DNA of 64,000 bases, taken from contig OZ024741.1 of assembly GCA_964016885.1 (NCBI GenBank), forward strand, positions 342,860,001 through 342,924,000, written 5' to 3'. Shown piece after piece: positions 53,668-64,000 of this stretch. The notes below the pieces were generated by a model that saw nothing but the letters and a program-made list of their open reading frames with translations, was not told the origin of the DNA and did not search any database. Both the position numbers and the translations under genes were made by a program. Source of the stretch: Eledone cirrhosa. Taxonomy: Eukaryota. How positions within the stretch are numbered: the stretch's first letter is position 1; the number at the start of each line of letters is the position of its first letter.

Positions 53668-53668
53668 A

Positions 53669-53735
<67 letters not shown>

Positions 53736-54016
53736 CATAAATCATGTCCTTAGAATTATTAGATAAAATATATACCATTTCCTCTCCCAATTAGCATAAT
53801 TAACCATATAAAAGCAATTAGACCAGTCTATAAGAATAAAGGCTCCTATGAAGAAATTTTCGACAAATAACCGAAAGCGGCCTCTTCGCGGTGGCCCCTA
53901 TAGAGTATTTATCCAACATTTCAACAGCATGTAGAAACTGACAAAATATACCGTCAACCATACACAATTAGATGTAAATTCAAACTTAGAAGAAATGTGT
54001 ACATACCGTAATTATA

Positions 54017-54093
54017 TCTCTACCATGGTTTCGTCCGTATTTTTAGACATCCTATTATCAGGATACATCCAGAGTAACAGACTCATCAGGAGA
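54017..54093 (-). ncRNA. Type-I hammerhead (family J) in insert ~53735-54230
   Basis: Minus strand: tctc-CTGATGA-gtctgt...acggac-GAAA-ccatgg-TA^-gaga. Confidence 0.8.
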
Positions 54094-54366
54094 AAACTCA
54101 AGATTAGACAGTTCATTTTCCAAAGTGATCGCGCCAAAAATAGATTCAAAAATGGCTAAGAATCGTGACGTGACAGTGGTCAAGTTAGAAAGAATGTGAT
54201 TAGTTGCTTACGGCTGGTAGGCTTGTTATATATATATATATATATACTTATATATGTAGGCGTCCATAATCCCTATAGGTCACCTTGAGCCAATCGTTTG
54301 CGAAACGCGCGTAACAGGTATATACGTAATGTAAACGAAAGTTCCTCGTTTTTCTATTATATATAT

Positions 54367-54494
<128 letters not shown>

Positions 54495-54699
54495 ACGTAC
54501 ATACATATATGTATACAGACGTAGAGTAGTATGTATATATATACATACATGCACACATATATATATATGCACGTATCGGTTTACCGAACATTTATACATA
54601 TATGTATACATATATGTATGTAATTATACATACATACATACTTATATTTAAGTAAGTGCCGTACTAAGAGTGAGAAATGAAATTTCGTTTCATTCTATT

Positions 54700-54765
<66 letters not shown>

Positions 54766-54927
54766 CAAGAGAGAGAGCAAGAGAGAGGGAGAGAGTGTCT
54801 GCGTGTGTTTGTGTGTTCCTACATTATCATATATTATCATAGATGTATTTTTATGCGATGCATGCGCGTTTAAATATTTATACATGTATCTATATAATAT
54901 ATGTATCAATATCAATATACGTATATA

Positions 54928-55880
54928 CGAGGTGTGTCAGAAAGGTTACAGGACTGATGTCACAAAAGATTTATTTCAAACCCAAACTTCACACTAAGAG
55001 TTTTCTCCTTCAAAGTAATCCCCTTGGAGTCTAATGCACTTTTCCATCCTTTTCTGCCACGCTTGCATGCATTCCTGGAAGGATTCTTCCGGGATCCTCC
55101 GCAGTTCCTTCGTCACGGCCTTTTTGATGTCATCCACGTCTTCAAAACGAGTCCCCTCCGGGTCGTACTCGAAGATCCATGACTTATCACCGGTGATGAC
55201 TGTCCCTAGCAAGTCTGATTCGGTTTCATGGCGCTCGAGGATGTCCTGGCACACTTGTATGCGTCGATTCTTCTGGTCATCGTTCAGCTGTTTTGGCACC
55301 ATTGCGCAGACTTTCCGCATGTCCAAATCTTCAATGAGAATCTTCCAGACGCTGTCCCGATTTATGCCCAGCTCATTTGCCATCAGTCGAACAGTCAGCC
55401 GACGATCGCTACGCACCATCTGCCTGACGCGCTCAACGTTGACCTCAGTCTTGGTTGTTGAGGGCCTTTCGCTCCTGGGCTCATCTTCCATACCTTCGCG
55501 TCCTTCTTTAAACCTCTTGCACCACTCAAAAACACGTGAGCGTGACATCGTCTCATCTCCATACACTTGCTGCAGCAATCCCAGTGCTTGTGACGGAGTT
55601 TTCAAGTTTATTTTTTGCTCTGTGCTCATTGCTTGACGACCTAAAACAGAGGACATGTATATAAAATTATGAAGAAAAAAGTTTGATCGCTACAGAGAGC
55701 TAAGCTTACAGTTACATACTCCAGGAGGGATTACTTTGAAGGAGAAAACTCTTGGTGTGAAGTTTGGGTTTGAAATAAATCTTTTCTGACATCAGTCCTG
55801 GAACCTTTCTGACACACCTCGTATATACGTATATTGATATTGATACATATATTATACTGGAACTTTTCTGACCCACCTCG
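54928..55880 (-). mobile_element. Internally deleted mariner, same family as 41136-41685; truncated transposase ORF 54994-55656
   Basis: HTH region VYGDETMSRSRVFEWCKRFKEGRE, MVPKQL, ITGDKSWIFEYDPE; TIRs with TA flanks. Confidence 0.9.
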
Positions 55881-55948
55881 TATGTCACTACACATACATA
55901 TATATGTCACAGACAGACAGACAGACACACACACACAGACACAAACAC

Positions 55949-56046
<98 letters not shown>

Positions 56047-56275
56047 CACACACATATATATATATATATAAATTTATGAAACGAAAGGAGCTGTGTGGTT
56101 ACTAAAAACAAGGTTTAGGATGGTGGTTAGAACGGAACAGGAGGAGAAAGGAAGAAAGGAGTTTCTATCGTCAGCTGTAAATGTAACCCGAACCGATGTT
56201 TCGGCGCTGAATTACAGGACATCGGTGTAGTTCGGGTGCGCCCGAGGTCTTTTAGTAATCATAAGACCATATAAT

Positions 56276-56311
<36 letters not shown>

Positions 56312-56344
56312 ATTATATATATTATATCTGTATATCTATATCTA

Positions 56345-57000
56345 TATAAATGGAAAAGAATGAAATGAACTTTCATTTCTCACTCTTAGTACGGCTTATG
56401 GCAGTACGGCTTAATCCAGGCTGCTTGTTTACAAACAAACCGAACATTATAATAAATGTTCGGTAAGCTCATACGTACATATATATATGTGTGCATGTAT
56501 GTATATATATATACATACTACTGTACGTCTGTATACATATATGTATGTACGTATACATACTTACATTTAAGTATCAGCCGTACTAAGAGTGAGAAAAGAA
56601 ATTTCATTTCATTCTTTTCCATTTATCGTTTTCGGTACACGCGGCCGACTATCTCACTCGATATGCAAATTAGGCTGCTCAGTCGTTAATATGCACAAGG
56701 AAAGTGTATACTTTCAAACGTTCAAGGAAAGTGTATACTTTCAAACGTTCAATCATCTGACAGGAAGTTATACGATGCTGACGATAGCTAATAAGCTTGA
56801 AACTAGTTCATCGCCTTTGTCAGTGTTGAACAAAAGGGCGGCGATGGTTGCCGAACACTGTACGGCTTAATTCGGGCTGTTTACAAACAAACCGAACATT
56901 ATAATAAATGATCGGTAAACCCATACGTACATATATATATATGTGTGCATGCATGTATATACATACTACTGTACGTCCGTATACGTATGTACGTATACAT
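56345..57000 (+). mobile_element. Family I non-coding unit (~455-bp period) with inverted 5' piece; related fragment at 54490-54700
   Basis: gtacggcttaa...tttacaaacaaaccgaacatt at ~56403 and ~56860. Confidence 0.7.
56773..56813 (+). ncRNA. Minimal type-I hammerhead (family I)
   Basis: cgatg-CTGACGA-tagctaataagctt-GAAA-ctag-TT^-catcg. Confidence 0.8.
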
Positions 57001-57354
57001 ATATCTATATATGTATATAATTATCATATTTATGTGTATGTATTAATTAGTCGCAATGTAGAAGCAAACTTATGTGACCTTTTTCTATCCTTCGTGACAT
57101 TTAAGATCGACGCAGTTCATTTTCATTTTGAACTTCTGTACGTTTTTACCCGTAAGGAAAAAAAAGAAAGAAAAACAAAAACAAAAACAAAATCCCTTAA
57201 AAATCTTTATTAAAAGGATGGATTTAAGGTATTCAACATTTTCTTTGGACATGTAACTTCTGCCGGGGTCGTCGTGTGGGTGACGTAGTGGCATATAGTG
57301 TGTCTTGGACACTTTAAAACTGGCGGAGGGCATCACCTTTCCTGGTCTGAACAC

Positions 57355-57432
<78 letters not shown>

Positions 57433-57459
57433 AAGTGAAAAAGAGATGAAGAAATGATC

Positions 57460-57612
57460 TCAGTACTGGGTGGTACATTTTTTTTATTATCAAACACGAA
57501 AGGATGAAAGTCAAAGTCGACTTCGGTGGGGTCGAAATGACACAGCAGCAAGCCGGAAAAAATGCAGCAAAATATTCTATCTGACGTTCTAACGACTCTG
57601 CCAATTCCCCGC
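57460..57612 (-). mobile_element. SINE family A relative
   Basis: aaggatgaaagtcaaagtcgacttcgg body. Confidence 0.65.
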
Positions 57613-58074
57613 ATATTGAAGTCCTTATATATAGACAGACAAAATACTCATATTTTAAGAGGAGGGAGTAAGGAAATAGTTTAAATCGGAGCATGGAGGG
57701 TGTGAAACTTATCATTTATTATTATTGTTGTTAACTTCGAGGACATTAAAAAAAGATTGCTCAGTCGATCGCAGAAAAAATTGAGACTAAAGCGGTAAAT
57801 CACATTCTTTTATGAAAATATATATTAATGGTAACTAATTTAGACACAATGCCTGCAATTTTAGGGGAAGGGGGAGTCAATTAAATCGATGAAGTATTTT
57901 ACTAGTATTTTATTGCACCTCAACTCTGGACACCTCAATAAATCTCCTACTATCAATAAACTACTGGTTCATAAGTAGTGTTATTCTCTACTACAGATTA
58001 TATCTCCAGATCCTGTCAGCCAACACTGTTTTTGTAGACAAATATAAACATATTACATTAATATATAACACCAG

Positions 58075-58312
58075 GTTGGTGGACTGGCAGAATTATTAGA
58101 GTGCCGGACAGTGCTTTTTTTTTTTTTTACAGAGCAGTATTTGTTCCGGCTTTTTACGTTCTGAGTTCAAATCCCGCCGAGGTCAATTTTGTCTTTTATC
58201 TTTCCGCGATCAATGAAATAAATTACTAGTCAATTACTGGCTTCAATTTAATCGACTAACCCATACCCCAAATTACTGTGTGTGTTTTTTTTGCCAAAAT
58301 TAGAAACCAATA
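58075..58312 (+). mobile_element. SINE family A relative
   Basis: gagttcaaatcccgccgaggtc...attagaaaccaatatt. Confidence 0.75.
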
Positions 58313-58684
58313 TTAGTTAGGGAACTCATACACTCATCGGTTAGTTTAGTAAGCCTGTGGTTATTTAATTGTCACATTCTGTGACTTGCTCAATGACTAT
58401 TTAGACCCTCCGTGTGTTTGGTTAATACATCACAGAAAAACAAGTTAGAGTCACTAGAATGAAATCAAAACGTCGAGTAGATACACAGCAGACTCAGCTC
58501 AATACAACATTAATCTCATAAGATCATATCAGTTATTAATGGACAGAATGTCAACAAATTTGTTACCAATAACCCAAGTAACAGAAGCAACAACAGTATG
58601 CTATAAAATGTATTGTATCTGAACTAAGAACATAGTATGGAAGATGTTGTAAGAGTCACACGTGTAGAAAAACTCCCAATAAAA

Positions 58685-59003
58685 CTGGCACTCTGTTGGT
58701 CACGGTGACGAGTGTTCCAGTTGAGATGATCAACGGAACAGCCTGCCTGAGAAATTAAAGACCAAGTGACTGATCATTCCGCAAAATGCGTACTCTTAAT
58801 GTAACTCCCAGGAAGATTCAACGTGACACAGAATGTGTCAAAGCTGGTCCTTTGAATTACAGGTACAGCTCATTTTTGCCAGTTAAGTAAACAAGAACAA
58901 CGTGAAATAAAGTGCTTAGCTCCATGATACAACGCACTACCAGGAATCGAACTCACGACCTTACGATCGTAATCTGAATACCTCTAAACACTAAGTCACG
59001 CGC
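58685..59003 (-). mobile_element. SINE family B
   Basis: Reverse complement of 21092-21400. Confidence 0.75.
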
Positions 59004-59761
59004 TTTCAAGCAAAAACTCTTAATATTCTGGTTAGGAACTAACATTATACGTCAGCATACATACGGAACAAACTTCCCAAATCTACGATCGGAAGTCTCT
59101 TAGCAGACAATAGACTAACTTTGAAACGCCGATGTACATACATTTCTTAATATATTGACGACATTGCAATGAACCATTGGTTGGCCTGTTTGACCTTTGT
59201 TCCAGATCAAAGCTACACTAGGGTCATTGCTCATGATCGCATGTAATTAAAGAAGACAGAATAAAAGAAAAAAATGTTATATAATGAATTGAGGCGTATA
59301 ACCTAGAATAGCAGAACACAGAACACAGAACAGAAGAATGTGAAGAAAACTTGATTAAATTAATGTTACACGTGTTTGTGGAATACTCAGACATTTAAAC
59401 ACTAATTCAATGAGTAGATAGTACAGTTTATCGAATACTTGTCTAACAAAATAGTGTATGTATGTATGTATGGTCGCGTAACTCAGGCGGGAGTCGTAGG
59501 GGCACTATATTGACGACATACGGCGTTTCTAGGGCATTCTTAAACCTGACGGAGCCCATCTCCTCTTCAGGTCTGAATACAGCAGATTTCTTCCGGAAAA
59601 GGTTAGAGAATGTAAGAACGGAAGTAAGAAAGAGATAGTTGGAAAGAGTGGCGAGAGAGAAACAAATGAAGGGTTATCTGTCCTTGGTACTGTTTTCCGT
59701 CCATCATAGAAAACCAAAATATGTCATTATATAGATAATGAACACAACCACAAGGATATGA

Positions 59762-60020
59762 TCCGAACGTGGAAGAGCCGAACTCCCACTGTCATCGCTT
59801 CCATCTCTCTGTATGGTTAGCAAATGGGGTCCCACGTGCTGGCCTCCCCACAGCCCCGGCCGACAGAATGGAGAAGGCGTTTCCCCGGAGGATGGTAAGG
59901 GAGATGCGCTGGAAGAGCCATTCTATCTCGCGAGGCTCACACCTGTGGCTGGCCAGCTCAGCGCCTATTGTGGTGAGAAGGGAGGTAGCTCTAGGGCCAA
60001 AGACACCAGAAGTCTCCATT
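59762..60020 (-). mobile_element. CRE-like LINE remnant (second copy)
   Basis: METSGVFGPRA...EPREIEWLFQRISLTILRGNAFSIL. Confidence 0.65.
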
Positions 60021-60044
60021 GACAAGGGCATGATCGCAAACCTG

Positions 60045-61245
60045 TCGGAAATCGACCCTATTACTAGACTGGTACTTTTTTTTATCGATCTCGAATGGAT
60101 GAAAGGTAAAGTTGATCTCGGCGGAATTTGAACTCAGAGAGCAGAGAGCCGAAACGAATATCGCAAAGCATTCTATCCGACATTCTAACAACTCTGCCAA
60201 TTCGCCACCTTATATAGAGTATAGGATTCGGTTAAGGAAATATAGAAGCATAAAATATCAAGACTCATACTAAATTAAGCTGATATATTTAATGACTAGA
60301 GAATTACAAAGTGAAAATGATTTTGGTTGTTTAATAAAATGAAATATATTGTGGTAATGGCTCCTAATTTTGTTATAAGACCAGCAATATCCGTCTACTA
60401 TATCGTCCCCAGTACTTGATGGGTACTTTATTTTATAGACCTTGGAAGAACGAGAGGCAATGCTAAACTCGGTGGGATTTTAACTCAGAACGGAAAGAAC
60501 TGGAACAAATACCACGAAGCATTTCTACGATGCTAATGACTTTGCCAATACACCGCCTTCAGTGGCAATGTGATAATAAATGGAAATTGTTATAATATGC
60601 AGAATAATGCGGGTGGAAATATTGGTGAGTTTGAATAATAAAGGATGTTAGGAAAATGCAATTAGTCGTGAATAAACGAAACGAGAATAAAGTTAATTCA
60701 TAACAGTTTTGAAATATTTAATTCCGCCTGTTTATATAATCCTATGGGAAACCAGAGTGTAAGCAACTCATATACCAGGATAGCTATTGAATTATAATAT
60801 GTTTTAATTCAAATTTCAAATGAGCTATATATATTAGAATGTATTTGACTATACAATAATTGTTTCTACTTTTGGCACATAGTGCATTACTGGTACTTTA
60901 TTTCATCGACCCCGAAAGGATGAAAGGCAAAGTTAACCTCAGCGGGATTTGAACCCAGACTGTAAAGGGCCGTAACTCTATGCTGCAAAGCATAGAGTCC
61001 GACCATCTACTGATTGAGTGAGTGGAAAACGGCGATCCTAGACGATATCAAATAATAATAATAATTGTTTCTACTTTAGGCACAAGGCCAATAATTGTTT
61101 CTACTTTTGGCACAAGGCCAGTAATTATCTCAGTATGTTACTGGTACTTTATTTTATCGACCCCGTAAGGATGAAAGGCAAAGTTAATCTCGGCGGGATT
61201 CGAACTCAGATCATAAAGGGACGTAACTTTATGCTTCAAAGCATA
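60045..61245 (-). mobile_element. Cluster of four SINE family A copies (~60045-60208, 60355-60558, 60855-61012, 61088-61245)
   Basis: Repeated ggtactttattttatcgaccccg..aggatgaaaggcaaag. Confidence 0.8.
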
Positions 61246-61269
61246 ATAATGATAACTTTCTATATATAT

Positions 61270-61935
61270 ATATATAAATAAAAGGCAGAGTTAATAACTC
61301 ATATTGATACCCTGTAATTAACAAGCCCAAAGTATAAATACTGAGCATTATATAATAATATATGTAGTAATAGACACAGTAAATTGTATGTCTAACATTA
61401 CGAGGGTTGAAATACCACGTTGGTTTGACAAATTTAACCTGAAGCAGACGGAAATACAGAAAATATACTGACCGTCTCAATAACTATTACAACACCCGGA
61501 CAGATTAGAGATCTAATCTGTTTCGCCCTGAGTTATTAACTCTGTCTTTTATTTGTATTTCGGCTCCCTACTAGGTGAGCTTATAAGTTGGGTGTATTAA
61601 GGCTATTGTTTCTAGCCTATCCACTCACACCACTTTTGACTTCTGGCGCACGAAATGAAATGTTCATTCTTGTGGCTTTTAGCTTTAGGTGTTTGTCACA
61701 TTTAATCTAATTCTCTCGCTGATGATGCCCACGAATTATCTATCTGTTACAAACACAATTCTCATGGTGAAACAGATTAGATCTCCAATCTGTCCGGGAG
61801 ATGTAATAGTTATTGAGACGGTCAGTATATTTTCTGTATTTCCGTCTGTTTCAGGTTAAATTTGTCAAACCAACGTGTTATTTCAACCCTCGTAATTTTA
61901 GACACACGATTTACTGTGTTTATTACTATATATAT
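61270..61935 (+). mobile_element. PLE-type pLTR foldback (arms ~61360-61525 / 61770-61935)
   Basis: Inverted homology seen directly; lies between (TA)n tracts. Confidence 0.75.
61713..61800 (+). ncRNA. Type-I hammerhead with a stable stem III and GUC site
   Basis: ctctcg-CTGATGA-tgcc...tggt-GAAA-cagatt-agatctcc-aatctg-TC^-cgggag. Confidence 0.75.
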
Positions 61936-61944
61936 ATATATATG

Positions 61945-62112
61945 TGGGAGCCCCTACATAGACACACTGGAACAGGAAGACCAAGGTTAACGTATGTTTA
62001 TGCCCTAAGGACAGACACTGGTCTGTTGGAGACGCAGGACATGGCAGCGATAATGAGGGACAGAAACCGCTGGAGAGAACTTGTCCATGAATCTGGGGAA
62101 TTTTACCCGCCC
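61945..62112 (+). mobile_element. Short RTE LINE 3' end inserted in (TA)n
   Basis: WEPLH...GRPRLTYVYALRTDTG...MRDRNRWR. Confidence 0.7.
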
Positions 62113-62134
62113 TATATATATATATATATATATA

Positions 62135-64000
62135 GACAAATAGCCCCCTCCAGATCAGACCTAGGGATCGTCAGTAAAAACATACTGGATAGGATTTTTC
62201 CCAAGCTTCGGAAAAAAAAATAGATTACAGCAATGGTCGTGCACGGGAGAGGTAATAGAATGGTTTAAGATACTACCTGAGAAAAGTAGGACCAGCTTTA
62301 TCCAACTGGATATTGCAGGGTACTACTCCTCAATCTCGCCCATAGTACTCAATAAGGCCCTTGTTTTAGCGATGTCCAATACGGACCTACCACGCGAGGA
62401 GGTGGGCATCATCCACGCCGCCCGAAAGACCCTGATAAGTTTCAGTGGAGACCTTTGGACCAGAAGTGATTGGCCAAATAACTTTGACATTACGATGGGC
62501 TCCAGCGACTCCGCACAGGTAACGGACCTGGTCGGCCTATTCCTGCTGAAGCAGATAAAAGATGAAATCTCCTGCCTGGGCGGCGGATTGTATCGTGACG
62601 ATGCACTCTTCACAGTCTATGACCACAGCACCACTATGGTGGAGAGAATGAAGAGGCGTATTCGGCATTTCTTTAAGAAACATGGGCTCAATATCGAACT
62701 AGACCCAAATAGAAAGGTAGTTAACTTCCTAGACACCACCCTAAACCTGAACACCGAGCAATACTACCCCTATCACAAGCCCAACGAGAAACTGGTATAT
62801 GTTAACGTCAAGTCAAACCACCCTAGATCCATAATTAAGGCCGTAGTGAAGAGTGTCTCGGACAGGATCTCCAGCCTGTTCGGAAATAAGGAGATCTTCG
62901 ATAGCAACGCGAAATATTACAACGCAGCTCTAAATAAGGCGGCGCATGGCCAAAATATATCATATAATCCGAGGCGCCATAACGGGGATAGCCCAACGGA
63001 TACCCCGACCCACAGGATCTGGGAGGCGGAGGGACCCTAACAATACAAGCAGAGTAAAAACAACTAAACACCATGAACCCGACACCATCACATTGGCGAG
63101 GGGCACGCGTACACATAACCATGGAAGGAAACCCGGTACGAGTAGCGGTCTCAGGGGTGATATCAACTACCCCGTGCCCGACGCCCCAATTGCAAGACAC
63201 GAAGCGGGACCGATGGAAGACCATCCCACCGTAGAACTCCCAGCGTGGGTAACAACCACCTCAGAGATACGGGCCGGGAAGTTAGCAGAACACATAGCGC
63301 CCAAAGGGGAAGCAGCAATGCGGGAACCACTAGCAACCCAACAACTCCCCAACAGCTCACGACACGCTCAACCCACCCACATAGGAGTAGACACAGAAAA
63401 AATCACGTGGTACAACCCACCATACTCAGCGGCCGTAAAGAACAGCATGGCCCGCTCATTCTTTAGAGCACTAGATAAATGCTTTCCGAAGGACCATAGA
63501 TACCGCAAGATCTTCAACAGACACACTGTAAAGCTCTCCTATTCTACCACGCGAAATGTGGCCCAGCACATAGCTAGCATTAATAGGGGTAGACTTAAAA
63601 ACCACACACAACCGGAAGCTGGCAATATAGGCACCCGGCAGAACCATGTGGAGGGAAAGAAGGGTTGACCCAGTAACCCAAACAGATCCAGGAAGCCCCC
63701 ACACGGCCCGGGGGAGGACCACCATATAATACGCAACGGGAACCCCACATTAGGCACGCGGAGGTCGACCACGCCCTGCAACTGCAGAAACCCAGCATTA
63801 TGCCCCCTTAGTAATGAATGCCTAAGGAAGAACTTAATATACGGATGTAGAGTAAAATACCCCAACTTTGAACACCTTTACATAGGAGCCACATCAACGA
63901 GCTTTAAGGACCGATGGTATAACCATCGCCATTCCTTTAACAGGGAGGACAAAAGGAAAAGTACGGCTCTTTCCGAACTGATCTGGAAGCTCAAGCTGGA
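62135..64000 (+). pseudogene. 5'-truncated, frameshifted PLE RT-GIY-YIG running off the window end
   Basis: IAPSRSDLG, QLDIAGYYSSI, FDITMGSSDSAQVTDLVG, GLYRDD, WYNPPYS, CNCRNPALCPL, YIGATST. Confidence 0.92.

Overview
This is eukaryotic, AT-rich, repeat-saturated DNA. It is most likely from a cephalopod (octopus-like); that is inferred from the SINE families and the (TA)n/(CA)n load. No intact host gene is evident. The window is dominated by Penelope-like retroelements (PLEs; RT plus C-terminal GIY-YIG with a CxC-x5-C linker, Hydra-clade-like). One near-full-length copy with pseudo-LTRs lies at ~12590-16841, and there are four further ORF remnants. Many short non-coding PLE-type inserts sit in (TA)n tracts as tandem and inverted (foldback) copies. 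About 25 type-I hammerhead ribozyme motifs from roughly ten sequence families can be read directly, including compensatory U3-A8 core variants. The most notable candidates are ~590, ~550 and ~455 nt retrozyme-like non-coding units, and a 260-nt unit that carries a tRNA cloverleaf but inserts with PLE architecture. Also present are two tRNA-derived SINE families, RTE/CRE/L1-like LINE remnants, deleted mariner elements, hAT-like remnants, large (CCA)n/(CAA)n arrays and a possible degenerate mucin-like gene. Coordinates were read by eye; repeat ends are approximate.
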